This document shows, piece after piece, positions 48,972 to 57,699 of a stretch of DNA of 64,000 nucleotides. The notes under the pieces are model-generated. The model did not search any database and was not told the origin of the DNA. It was given only the letters and a program-made list of their open reading frames with translations. Location: positions 1,152 through 65,151 of the forward strand of contig DAOUJQ010000016.1 of the NCBI GenBank assembly GCA_034422455.1, given 5' to 3'. The translations under genes and the position numbers were made by a program. This DNA is from Dehalococcoidia bacterium. Its GTDB lineage: Bacteria > Chloroflexota > Dehalococcoidia > Lucifugimonadales > UBA1127. How positions within the stretch are numbered: the first letter of the stretch is position 1; every line of letters begins with the position of its first letter.

Positions 48972-49666
48972 CCCTGGAACCGGTAGCCTACCCCGCGTAT
49001 TGTCACGATGCGGTTCGGGCTCCCAGGCTCAGTTTCAAGCTTCTGCCGGATCCAGCGGATGTGGACGTCCACGGTCCGCGTGTCGCCGATGTAGTCCTGG
49101 CCCCACAGGCGCTCAAGGATCTGGTCACGCGTGAAGGCCCGCCCCCTGTTGGCCACCAGGAGCGCCAAGAGGTCAAACTCCCGAGGCTTCATCTCAAGCT
49201 CGTTGCCCGCCAGGGTTACCTGATGGCTTGCGAGGTCCACGACGAGGTCGCCGGAGGTGAGGACCTCGTTGACTTGCGATGGGCCTCCCTGGCCCTGCCC
49301 GCGAGTACGGCGCAGCACGGCCTGCAGGCGGGCCATGAGCTCCCGCATGCTGAAGGGCTTGGTTATGTAATCGTCCGCGCCGAGCTCCAGCCCGACAACC
49401 CGGTCTACAACCTCGCCCTTGGCCGTCATCATGATGATGGGCATGTTGGACTCGCGGCGAAGGATGCGGCAGACTTCCAGGCCATCCAGCTGCGGCAGCA
49501 TGATGTCGAGGATGACCAGGTCCGGCTGGTGCTCCCGTGCCAGCGAGAGACCGCGCTCGCCGTCGCTGGCCGTCAGGGCGGTGTACCCGTCGCGCTCCAG
49601 GTTGTGCTTCAGCGCTTCGAGCAGGTTTTCCTCGTCCTCGATGACCAGCACCTTGCCGTCGGCCAA
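48968..49666 (-). CDS. phoB: OmpR/PhoB-family response regulator
   Basis: Receiver domain (VLVIEDE.., DLVILDIMLP, ..TAKG..) plus a winged-helix C-terminus (..RTVDVHIRWIRQKLE..). Confidence 0.85.
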   Translation of the reverse strand: MADGKVLVIEDEENLLEALKHNLERDGYTALTASDGERGLSLAREHQPDLVILDIMLPQLDGLEVCRILRRESNMPIIMMTAKGEVVDRVVGLELGADDYITKPFSMRELMARLQAVLRRTRGQGQGGPSQVNEVLTSGDLVVDLASHQVTLAGNELEMKPREFDLLALLVANRGRAFTRDQILERLWGQDYIGDTRTVDVHIRWIRQKLETEPGSPNRIVTIRGVGYRFQG

Positions 49667-49754
49667 GGGTGACCTCCTGCCGTGCAGAGTGGCGGACTGC
49701 CCTTGCCTCGCATTCTACGCCTTGGGCAAGCGGTGCGAAACGCACCCGTGTCAT

Positions 49755-49785
49755 CGTTAACCGACGCTTCATGGGGCGTTAACCG
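49755..49785. promoter_or_regulatory. direct repeat CGTTAACCG-N13-CGTTAACCG upstream of phoB
   Basis: Two identical 9-mers 22 bp apart, 90-120 nt upstream of the phoB start. They share the TTAAC core with the pstS upstream repeat. Confidence 0.3.
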
Positions 49786-49843
49786 CCATAGACGGCATTG
49801 TGGGATGAGGCAGAGAAGGCTGAGGGGGTGATTGAGTGAAGGG

Positions 49844-49918
49844 TGGTCGGGGCGGGCAGGATTGAACTGCCGACCTCTTGGTCCCAAACCAAGCGCGCTC
49901 CCGCTGCGCCACGCCCCG
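49844..49918 (-). tRNA. tRNA-Pro (anticodon UGG), CCA encoded
   Basis: Manual cloverleaf: acceptor CGGGGCG/CGCCCCG, anticodon arm CTTGG-TTTGGGA-CCAAG, and T-arm GGCAG-TTCAATC-CTGCC. Confidence 0.85.
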
Positions 49919-49932
49919 CAGGGATTGCGAAG

Positions 49933-50004
49933 CGCCCCCGGGGCGACTCGAACGCCCGCACCCGGCTCCGGAGGCCGGTGCTCTATCCACTGAGCTACGG
50001 GGGC
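49933..50004 (-). tRNA. tRNA-Arg (anticodon CCG), CCA not encoded
   Basis: Manual cloverleaf: acceptor GCCCCCG/CGGGGGC, anticodon arm CCGGC-CTCCGGA-GCCGG, and T-arm GGGCG-TTCGAGT-CGCCC. Confidence 0.85.
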
Positions 50005-50052
50005 CACCCATTCACTATACCAGCGCCTACGTACCCCAACAACCTGCGGTCG

Positions 50053-50106
50053 CCTTCTGAGCCTGTCCGTTCGTGAGATCCGCTGGGACAGGCTCAGGGC
50101 GAGCGG
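50053..50106. repeat. family A-derived hairpin with 12-bp perfect stem
   Basis: CTGAGCCTGTCC (50057-50068) pairs with GGACAGGCTCAG (50086-50097). Confidence 0.8.
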
Positions 50107-50115
50107 GTTGTGCGG

Positions 50116-50400
50116 GGCCGAAGTGTTTTCCGCGTGCGAGCGTAGCTGTGGGGAATTGTTTTGTTTTTCGTGTTGAAGCTGAGTTGGCACGTTGTAGATA
50201 CAACACGAAAATTTTTTCATCAGGGGGGAACAATTCCCGGCCAGCCTTCGCGGGGCGATACGCGGGGCGGTTGTGGTGTTGTGGCGGCGGTGCATGGAGC
50301 GAGGGTAGTGGGGATTCGTCTTGCTTTTTGTTTTGTAGGGGAGTTGGCACGTTGCAGATACAAGGCGAATATTCACCGAGGGGAAACGAATCCCGGCCGG
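50116..50400. repeat. family E composite element, about 1.5 tandem copies
   Basis: 50116-50303 aligns with 22311-22494. 50304-50400 repeats the ATTCGTCTTGCTTTT...GAGTTGGCACGTTGCAGATACA...GGGGAAACGAATCCCGGCC part. Confidence 0.75.
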
Positions 50401-50531
50401 CGTCCGCCGAGACATCGTGGGGGATGATTCTGGGTGCATTGCGCTCATCATGGGGACAGGGTAGGCACTATGGCGTGGCGAGCGGAAGGGGTGCGTGGCA
50501 GGGTGCGGTGCACGCGCGGTGCGGGGGCCAT

Positions 50532-50564
50532 CGTTCGTCCTTCGATTTCCCTCAGGACGAACGG
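50532..50564. repeat. family A hairpin
   Basis: CGTTCGTCC-TTCGATTTCCCTCA-GGACGAACG, a 9-bp stem. Confidence 0.85.
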
Positions 50565-50663
50565 CCCCGCGCTGCCCTGCCCCTGGACACCGACGTTCGC
50601 CGGTGAGACGAAGGAGGTTGGGTCGGCGAGCGTGGGCGGCGGTCACCCCGCCCGGCCCCGCCC

Positions 50664-50766
50664 CTCTGGGTTCCTGCCTTCGCAGGACCCTTCGACAAGC
50701 TCAGGGCAATCGGAGAGGGTCGTTGGGCGCGGGGTTTCTGGATACCGGCATGCGCCGGTATGAGGG
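50664..50766. repeat. abutting family C, family A and family B elements
   Basis: CTCTGGGTTCCTGCCTTCGCAGGA, then CCCTTCGACAAGCTCAGGGCAATCGG, then GGGTTTCTGGATACCGGCATGCGCCGGTATGAGGG. Confidence 0.8.
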
Positions 50767-50851
50767 GGTGGGGGTCAGTGCGAACGGAGGGAACCCCGTG
50801 TTTCTTGTTGGGCTGCAAGCCAGCATGGTACCCTCGACATAGGAGGCATAC

Positions 50852-51979
50852 ATGGCAAACACCCCCGGCCGCGTTGTGGTCGCCATGAGCGGCGGCGTCG
50901 ACTCGTCGGTCGCCGCGCTGCTGCTGGCGCGCGAGGGCTACGAGGTCATCGGCGTGACGCTGCGGCTGTACTCGGAGGAGCGCGAGGACGCGGCGCCGCT
51001 CAGCCGCGGCTGCTGTACCCTGGAGGACATCAACGACGCTCGCCGCGTGTGCGCTGCCATCGGCGCGCGCCACTACGTCATCAACGCCGAGCGCGAGTTC
51101 CGCGCGGCAGTCATCGACCACTTCCTCGCCGAGTATGAGCGCGGGCGCACGCCCCACCCCTGCATCGCCTGCAACGACCTCATCAAGTTCTCCTTCCTGC
51201 TCGACCGGGCGCTGGCCATGGACGCGGACGCCATCGCCACGGGGCACTACGCCCGGGCGGAGCGCGGCGGCGACGGCGTCGTACGGCTGCTGAAGGCCGT
51301 CGACCCGTCCAAGGACCAGTCGTACGTGCTCTTCGGGCTACGCCAGGACCAGCTCCGACGTCTGCTTCTGCCCGTGGGCCATTTCTCCAAGGCGGAGCTG
51401 CGGGAGCTGGCGAGAGAGGCGGGCCTGGGCGTCGCGGACAAGCCGGACAGCCAGGACATCTGCTTCATCCCGGCGGGCGACTACCGGCAGTTCCTCACCC
51501 TGCACCGGGAGCCGGCACCCGGCGACATCGTCGACGTGGACGGCAACGTCCTCGGCACGCACCAGGGCGTCGACCGGTACACCGTCGGACAGCGACGCGG
51601 CATCGGCATCGCGAGCACGGAGCCGCTGTACGTCGTGCGGCTGGAGCCGGAGACGCGGCGCGTTGTCGTTGGGCCGGAGCCGGCGTTGCTCTCTCCCGGC
51701 CTCGCAGCTGAGGGCGTCAACTGGGTGCGCGGCACGGCGCCTGACGGCCCAGTGCAGGCCGCGGTGAAGATCCGCTACAAGGCCGCGGAGTCGGCGGCCA
51801 CCATCGTCCCCACGGAGCGCGGCGCAAACGTGTGGTTTTCCGAGCCCCAGAGGGCGGTAACGCCTGGACAGGCTGCGGTATTCTACGCGGGGGACGAGCT
51901 CCTGGGCGGCGGCTACATCGCCGGCCCGTTGGCCCGCGACGCAGAGGCACGCCCGGAGCACGCCCTTACACCAGCGTAA
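50852..51979 (+). CDS. mnmA: tRNA 2-thiouridine(34) synthase
   Basis: PP-loop VVVAMSGGVDSSVAA and CIACN. Confidence 0.92.
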   Translation: MANTPGRVVVAMSGGVDSSVAALLLAREGYEVIGVTLRLYSEEREDAAPLSRGCCTLEDINDARRVCAAIGARHYVINAEREFRAAVIDHFLAEYERGRTPHPCIACNDLIKFSFLLDRALAMDADAIATGHYARAERGGDGVVRLLKAVDPSKDQSYVLFGLRQDQLRRLLLPVGHFSKAELRELAREAGLGVADKPDSQDICFIPAGDYRQFLTLHREPAPGDIVDVDGNVLGTHQGVDRYTVGQRRGIGIASTEPLYVVRLEPETRRVVVGPEPALLSPGLAAEGVNWVRGTAPDGPVQAAVKIRYKAAESAATIVPTERGANVWFSEPQRAVTPGQAAVFYAGDELLGGGYIAGPLARDAEARPEHALTPA

Positions 51980-51988
51980 GGACGCGCC

Positions 51989-52522
51989 ATGAAGACCCTC
52001 GAGTTCGTGGAGATGGCAATCTCCCAGTCCCGCAACGCCACCCTCGCCCTTGTGTCAGGGCTGGACCGCGATCAGCTCACGTGGCGGGCCGGGCCGGAGG
52101 CCAACACCGTCGGCTTCCTGATCTGGCACGTGTTCCGCACGGAGGACCGCTACATCCGGTTTCTGACGGGCGAGGAGGAGACCTACACCGCCGACGGCTG
52201 GAAGGACAGGTGGCCGATGCCGGAGACGATCACCGGCGACCGCGCCACGCTGACCACCGGCAACAGCTGGACCTCCGACGAGGTTGGCGCCTTCGACATC
52301 CCGCCGATGGAGGAGCTGCTGGCGTACGGCGAGAGCGTGCGCGGCCGGGTGCTCGAACTGGTGCGCGGCCTCGACGAGGACACGCTCGACCAGGTGCCCA
52401 ACCAGGAGCGGCCCGAGTGGATGACGGCGACGTACCTCCGCTCCATGATCACCCACGAATTCGGGCACCAGCAGCAGATGGACTACATCGTGGGGCTGCA
52501 GAAGGCAGCCTCCGGCGCGTAG
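51989..52522 (+). CDS. DinB-family protein
   Basis: 177 aa with His-containing helices (WHVFRTEDRY, ITHEFGHQQQMDY) in the DinB four-helix-bundle pattern. Confidence 0.7.
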   Translation: MKTLEFVEMAISQSRNATLALVSGLDRDQLTWRAGPEANTVGFLIWHVFRTEDRYIRFLTGEEETYTADGWKDRWPMPETITGDRATLTTGNSWTSDEVGAFDIPPMEELLAYGESVRGRVLELVRGLDEDTLDQVPNQERPEWMTATYLRSMITHEFGHQQQMDYIVGLQKAASGA

Positions 52523-52525
52523 CCC

Positions 52526-53212
52526 ATGCCAACGCAGCCTGACTGGTCGGCTGAGCGGCGCCTCTGGCGGCAGGGTTTCCTGCGCGTCGCCGGGGTGGAC
52601 GAGGTGGGACGCGGTCCGCTCGCCGGGCCGGTTGTCGCCGCCGCCGTCGTCTTCCCCCCGCGCTTCCGCGCCGGCAGCCTGCCCGGACTGCGCGACTCCA
52701 AGCAGCTCACCGCCGCCGCCCGCGAGCGCCTTGCGCCACGCATTCGCCGGCTTGCGACGGGCGTGGGCGTGGGCAGCGCGAGCGTCGCGGAGATCGACGC
52801 GATGGGCATCGTGCCGGCGACGGTTGCCGCTATGAACCGCGCCATACGCCAGATCGGCGACGGCGCCGACCACCTGCTCGTCGACGCGCTTGTGCTGGAG
52901 TGCGACGGGTTGCCCTGTCGCGCAATCGTCCACGGCGACGCGCTGTGCTGCTCCATCGCGGCAGCGTCCATCGTCGCCAAGGCGGCCCGGGACGGACTCA
53001 TGGAGGAGCTGGACGCCCTGCACCCCGGCTACGGATTCGCCCGCCACAAGGGCTACGGGACGGCGGAGCACCTTGCCGCGCTGGATCGGCTCGGGCCGAC
53101 GCCGGTGCATCGCGGCAGCTTCGCGCCTGTGCGCCGACTGCTGGAGGCCTCCATTCATCCTTCGATTTCCCTCAGGACGAACGGAGGCGGGTTGGAGGAG
53201 AAGGTTGCCTAG
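52526..53212 (+). CDS. rnhB: ribonuclease HII
   Basis: AGVDEVGRGPLAGPVV, DSKQL and HPGYGF..HKGYGT. The last ~20 aa are encoded by a family A repeat (53152-53184). Confidence 0.9.
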   Translation: MPTQPDWSAERRLWRQGFLRVAGVDEVGRGPLAGPVVAAAVVFPPRFRAGSLPGLRDSKQLTAAARERLAPRIRRLATGVGVGSASVAEIDAMGIVPATVAAMNRAIRQIGDGADHLLVDALVLECDGLPCRAIVHGDALCCSIAAASIVAKAARDGLMEELDALHPGYGFARHKGYGTAEHLAALDRLGPTPVHRGSFAPVRRLLEASIHPSISLRTNGGGLEEKVA

Positions 53213-53585
53213 CAACCGCACCAAGCTGGGCACAGCCGGCGAAGGCATCGCGCGACGCCACCTCGAAGCACTCGGCTACACCCTTCGCGAAGCCAACTAC
53301 CGGTGCCGCTGGGGCGAGGTCGACCTGGTCATGGAGCGCGACGGGGAGGTCGTGTTCGTGGAGGTGCGCACCAAGCGGGGCCGTGCCTTCGGGACGCCAG
53401 AGGAGTCGGTCACACCGGCCAAGCGGCGGCGGCTCTCCGCGACGGCCTACCATTACCTGGAGGAGCATGCCCTTGACGTACCGTTCCGCATCGACCTGGT
53501 GGCCATCGCCATGAACTTGCGAGGCGTCGTGGAGCGGGTCACGCACCTGGAGAGCGTCGTCAGCGGCGAGGACGCGGCGGAGTAG
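53205..53585 (+). CDS. yraN: YraN-family (UPF0102) endonuclease-like protein
   Basis: GEGIARRHLEALGY......R.RWGEVDLV......VVFVEVRTKR. The TTG start at 53205 is preceded by GGAGGAGAAGG and overlaps the rnhB stop codon. Confidence 0.75.
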   Translation: MPSNRTKLGTAGEGIARRHLEALGYTLREANYRCRWGEVDLVMERDGEVVFVEVRTKRGRAFGTPEESVTPAKRRRLSATAYHYLEEHALDVPFRIDLVAIAMNLRGVVERVTHLESVVSGEDAAE

Positions 53586-53603
53586 CGCGGGCCGCGGGAG
53601 CCG

Positions 53604-54434
53604 CTAGCGGACCAGGTCCTTCCTGCGGAAGACCGCCAGGGACGCCAGCGTGGTCACGACGAACACTCCGACATAGACGGCAATGCCCGTCCAGTTGACC
53701 GCCCCCTCCGCGATGACCTGCAGGGAGTCGTAGTAGTAGAAGAGGGAGCCGTACTTCACCCAGCCGACGGCCTGGATAGCCGAGCCAAGGACGTTCGCGA
53801 AGTAGGTCAGCGCGGTCAGGACGCCCGCCACCGCCAAAGAGCGCCCGGGGTCCAGAGTGACACACGAGGCCAGCGTCGAGTAGCCGGCAATAGCAGCAAC
53901 CAGAAGGTAGGACACGGCGTGAACCGCGACAACGTTGCCCGCGTTGGCGTCCTCGCCAATGGTGAGCGCGCCCAGCAATACAGCGATCGCGGAGAAAGCG
54001 GTTGCCGCCAGGGCCAGCGTCAGGAACCCGGCGAGCTTGCTCAGGAGAAACGTCGTGCGCTCCACGGGTTGCGAGAGCACCACGTCAAGGGTGCCGCGCT
54101 CCACCTCCTTGGATATCAGGCCGCCGCAGTAGACCACGGCGTAAATGCCCAAGAGGAGGGGCAGCCAGGAGATGTACTCGACGTTCAGGAACCCCACGTA
54201 GGTAAAGGCGCCGGCGTCAAAGATCAACGCGGACTCGGCCTCTCCTGCAATTCCCATGGAGGCACGCAACTGATCCGGCATGGCGTTCAGGTAGTCCTCA
54301 AAGTTGACGCCGGTGTTTTCCAACGACGGATAGATCCAGACCACCAAAAGCGCCCACAGCACCAGCACGACGCTCCATGCTATGACGCCTACACGGCCCA
54401 GGGTGAGCACGTTCCGGTAGAAGGAGAGGCTCAT
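53604..54434 (-). CDS. ABC-2-type transporter permease
   Basis: 276 aa with about 6 TM segments. It overlaps the upstream ATPase gene by 4 nt. Confidence 0.7.
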   Translation of the reverse strand: MSLSFYRNVLTLGRVGVIAWSVVLVLWALLVVWIYPSLENTGVNFEDYLNAMPDQLRASMGIAGEAESALIFDAGAFTYVGFLNVEYISWLPLLLGIYAVVYCGGLISKEVERGTLDVVLSQPVERTTFLLSKLAGFLTLALAATAFSAIAVLLGALTIGEDANAGNVVAVHAVSYLLVAAIAGYSTLASCVTLDPGRSLAVAGVLTALTYFANVLGSAIQAVGWVKYGSLFYYYDSLQVIAEGAVNWTGIAVYVGVFVVTTLASLAVFRRKDLVR

Positions 54435-55417
54435 TGCCCGCCTCCCGTCCGTTCGGACGACCCTTCGACAGGCTCAGGGCGAACGGATGCATCGCCTCCC
54501 TCGCCGGTGTAGAAGCGGGTGAAGGTGTCTTCCAAGCTCGCCTCCGGGAAGACGATGTCCTCAACGGGCAACGCCGCCAGGCGGCCTATCAGCGCGCCGA
54601 CGTGCCCGGACACCTGCAGCTCCGCACGGCGGCCCTCGCAGGCGACGACGGTGACGCCCTCCAGCGCAAAGTCGTCCGCTGACGCGTCCCGTGACAGCGT
54701 CACCTCCATGCGGCGCACCTGCTGGCGGTGAAGCTCGTCGACGTCCAGCGTCGCGGCGAGCACGCCCTCGCGGATGATGCCGACACGGTCGCAGAGACGG
54801 TCGACCTCGCTCAGCACGTGGGACGAGAAGAACACCGTCACGCCGCGGTCGCGCTCCTCCAGCAACAGCTTGAAGAACTCCTGCTGCACCAGCGGGTCCA
54901 GTCCCGAGGTGGGCTCGTCAAGGATGAGCACCTGCGGGCTGTGGGCCAACGCCTGCACGATGGCCAGCTTCTGCCGATTCCCATGGGAGTACACCTTCAC
55001 CGGGCGGTCCAGGTCGAGGCCAAGGCGCTCCGCAATCTCGTCGCCGCGATGCGAGGCGCCGTTGTGGTGGCTCTGCATGAGCGCGAGGTGCGCCCTACCG
55101 GACAGGCTCTCGTAGAAGGCGGAGTCGCTGGACACAACTCCGCATGCGCGACGGACCTCCAGCGAGCGCGCCGCCACGTCCATACCCAGCACCGTCGCGG
55201 CGCCGCTCGTCGGCCGCAGCAGGTTCAGCAGGAGCCGGATCGTCGTGGTCTTGCCGGCGCCGTTTGGCCCGAGGAAGCCGAACACCTCGCCATGGCGCAC
55301 CTGCAGATCCAGGCCGACCACGCCGCGGCTCTCGCCGTAGTACTTCGTCAGGCCGTGGGTCTCAATCGCGTTGTCCACGTGCGTCCTTTCCCGTGAGTTC
55401 CTCCGCCGCACTGTCAC
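54431..55417 (-). CDS. ABC transporter ATP-binding protein
   Basis: Walker A GPNGAGKTT, signature-like YSHGNRQKL and Walker B LILDEPTSGLD. The C-terminal ~25 aa are repeat-encoded (VRPEPVEGSSER from 54449-54486). The start is uncertain. Confidence 0.85.
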   Translation of the reverse strand: MTVRRRNSRERTHVDNAIETHGLTKYYGESRGVVGLDLQVRHGEVFGFLGPNGAGKTTTIRLLLNLLRPTSGAATVLGMDVAARSLEVRRACGVVSSDSAFYESLSGRAHLALMQSHHNGASHRGDEIAERLGLDLDRPVKVYSHGNRQKLAIVQALAHSPQVLILDEPTSGLDPLVQQEFFKLLLEERDRGVTVFFSSHVLSEVDRLCDRVGIIREGVLAATLDVDELHRQQVRRMEVTLSRDASADDFALEGVTVVACEGRRAELQVSGHVGALIGRLAALPVEDIVFPEASLEDTFTRFYTGEGGDASVRPEPVEGSSERTGGGQ

Positions 55418-55576
55418 CTATGCTAGCACGGCCTGGCCCAGTTCGCGTGGCCTTGCCGAAAGGCCTGCCGCACGAGGTCAAATACCGGCCACAACCATGC
55501 GCATTTTGGCAAATCCCCCATTGACATTCCATACTCAACGGGGGATGATTACTGTGAATTACGTAAGGGCGACTTT

Positions 55577-55765
55577 ATGACTACACAAAGCGACAGCGTT
55601 CCCAAGTACTTCGCGGACTTCGTGCAGGAGAACGCACGCCAGCACCAGGAGCTGACTGCGCAGATCAGCGAGGTCAAAGGCGAACTACAGATCATCAAGG
55701 CCCTTAGCGTCGCCATAGTCGCCATGGTGGCAGTAGCCGTGATCAAGTACGTCTTCGGCCTCTAG
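55577..55765 (+). CDS. small hypothetical protein with C-terminal TM helix
   Basis: 62-aa ORF in a lower-GC spacer, with a coiled-coil-like N-terminus and the hydrophobic tail ALSVAIVAMVAVAVIKYVF. There is no clear RBS. Confidence 0.3.
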   Translation: MTTQSDSVPKYFADFVQENARQHQELTAQISEVKGELQIIKALSVAIVAMVAVAVIKYVFGL

Positions 55766-55877
55766 CGGCTTCCCTTCGCTTTACACCTTCCTTTCCCATT
55801 GCTACGCTTTCTCAGGCCTCGTGCCCACACTTCGCTCCCCGGAGGTTTCCGTGTCCGACGCTCCCCGTGCCGTGACC

Positions 55878-57191
55878 ATGGACAAGATCGTGTCGCTGTG
55901 CAAGCGGCGCGGGTTTGTGTTTCCCGGCAGCGAGATCTACGGCGGCCTGGCCAACGCGTGGGACTACGGCCCCATGGGCGTCGAGCTGAAGCGCAACGTC
56001 AAGGAGGCGTGGTGGCGCGACGTCGTGCGGCGGCGGGAGGACGTCGTCGGCATCGAGGCGGCGATCATGATGAACCCGGCCGTGTGGGAGGCGTCGGGGC
56101 ACCTGGCGGGCTTCACGGACCCCCTCGTCGAGTGCCGGGTGTGCCACCACCGCTTCCGCGCGGACCACGTCGAGTCGTCGGTGTGCCCGGACTGCGGCGG
56201 CGAGCTGGGCGACGCGCGGCAGTTCAACCTGATGCTCAAGACGTTCCTCGGCCCGGTGGAGGACACGGCGAGCACGGTCTACATGCGCCCGGAGACGGCG
56301 CAGGGCATGTTCGTCAACTTCGTGAACGTGCAGACGGCCACGCGCAAGAAGCTGCCCTTCGGCATCGCGCAGATAGGCAAGTCCTTCCGCAACGAGATCA
56401 CGCCCGGCAACTTCATCTTCCGCACCCGCGAGTTCGAGCAGATGGAGATGGAGTTCTTTGTGCAGCCCGGCGAGGACGAGGAGTGGCACGACTTCTGGAT
56501 CCGCGAGCGGCTGGACTGGTACGTGCGGCACGGCGTGCGGGCCGAGAACCTGCGGCTGCGCCCCCACGACGCCGACGAGCTCTCACACTACTCCAAGGCG
56601 ACGACGGACATCGAGTACCTGTTCCCGTGGGGGTGGGCCGAGCTCGAGGGCATCGCGAACCGGACGGACTTCGACCTGCGGCAGCACTCGCAGCACAGCG
56701 GGTCGCGGCTGACGTACTTTGACAACGAGAGCAACCAGCACGTGACGCCGTACGTGATCGAGCCGGCGAGCGGCGTGGACCGGGCGGCGCTGGCCTTCCT
56801 TGTCGACGCGTACGACGAGGAGGAGGTCGGCGGCGAGGCGGCGGGCGCCGGGGCGGGCGAGGCGCGGGTGGTGCTGCGCTTCCGGCCGTCGATCGCGCCG
56901 GTGCAGGCCGCCGTGCTGCCGCTGAGCCGCAACGCGCGGCTGACGCCACTGGCCCGCGAGGTGTTCACCGGCCTGGTGGACGACGGCCGCTGGCGGGTGG
57001 AGTACGACGACGCCCAGAGCATCGGGCGGCGGTACCGGCGGTTCGACGAGGTGGGGGCGCCGCTGTGCATCACCGTGGACTTCGCGTCGCTGGAGGACGG
57101 GCAGGTGACGATCCGGGACCGGGACACGCTGCTGCAGGAGCGGGTGGCCATCGCGGAGCTGGCGGAGGCGCTGGGGGAGCGGCTGGGGTAG
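55878..57191 (+). CDS. glyQS: glycine--tRNA ligase (dimeric GlyQS type)
   Basis: MDKIVSLCKRRGFVFPGSEIYGGLANAWDYGPMG... is canonical. The start is set at ATG 55878. Confidence 0.92.
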   Translation: MDKIVSLCKRRGFVFPGSEIYGGLANAWDYGPMGVELKRNVKEAWWRDVVRRREDVVGIEAAIMMNPAVWEASGHLAGFTDPLVECRVCHHRFRADHVESSVCPDCGGELGDARQFNLMLKTFLGPVEDTASTVYMRPETAQGMFVNFVNVQTATRKKLPFGIAQIGKSFRNEITPGNFIFRTREFEQMEMEFFVQPGEDEEWHDFWIRERLDWYVRHGVRAENLRLRPHDADELSHYSKATTDIEYLFPWGWAELEGIANRTDFDLRQHSQHSGSRLTYFDNESNQHVTPYVIEPASGVDRAALAFLVDAYDEEEVGGEAAGAGAGEARVVLRFRPSIAPVQAAVLPLSRNARLTPLAREVFTGLVDDGRWRVEYDDAQSIGRRYRRFDEVGAPLCITVDFASLEDGQVTIRDRDTLLQERVAIAELAEALGERLG

Positions 57192-57312
57192 CCCTTCGAC
57201 GGGCTCAGGGTGAACGGGGCCGGTTTGTCGGGGTTCCTGCCTCCGCAGGAACGACGGGGGCGGCGCTGGGGGAGCGGCTGGGGTAGCCCTTCGACGGGCT
57301 CAGGGTGAACGG
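57167..57312. repeat. 52-bp direct duplication of the glyQS 3' end plus family A element, separated by a family C hairpin
   Basis: GGCGCTGGGGGAGCGGCTGGGGTAGCCCTTCGACGGGCTCAGGGTGAACGGGG occurs at 57167-57218 and again at 57261-57312. Confidence 0.9.
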
Positions 57313-57670
57313 GGGCGGCGTTTGGCAGTTCCAGCTACGAATCGTTTTTGTTTCCAATCGAAAAAAATTTTTCTGGGGAACGAATCCCCTATAAAATCGC
57401 CCTCTACAGATACGATTGGAAATTTCCATTTTCGGTCGCTTTTGGGTGGCCCCGAGCGGACATTGGGGCAAATTCTGCGACTTTTGGGGCATTTTCATCT
57501 CCTCCGTTGAGCTTGCCGGACTCGGACAGTCGAGGCGGGGCGAGCGCGGCGCCGGCATGGAGCAAGGGTAGTGGAGGGGTTTGTGCGGGGGCAAGGGGCG
57601 CGTGGCAGGCCCTTCGACGGGGCTCATGGCGAAAGGTGGTGTTTTCGGCAAAACCGGCGTTGACTCCCAA

Positions 57671-57699
57671 TTGACACTTCTTGCGGTGGTCCTTAAGGT
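57671..57699 (+). promoter_or_regulatory. putative promoter of the R-M pair (TTGACA-N17-TAAGGT)
   Basis: The -35 hexamer is at 57671-57676 and the -10-like hexamer at 57694-57699. A hairpin at 57686-57709 (GTGGTCC/GGACCAC) overlaps it. Confidence 0.35.

Noticed and set aside
49609-50646. 345-aa minus-strand ORF spanning the tRNA-Pro and tRNA-Arg genes and the repeat mosaic.
   Set aside because: It reads through two tRNA genes and repeat elements, and has low-complexity composition. It is not a gene.
55420-55576. Possible T-box, riboswitch or promoter elements in the lower-GC spacer ahead of glyQS (TTGACA at about 55521, small GGCCTT/AAGGCC hairpin).
   Set aside because: There is no specifier or T-box-like conserved sequence, and the spacer directly upstream of glyQS (55766-55877) is too short for a T-box leader. 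The elements are too weak to call.
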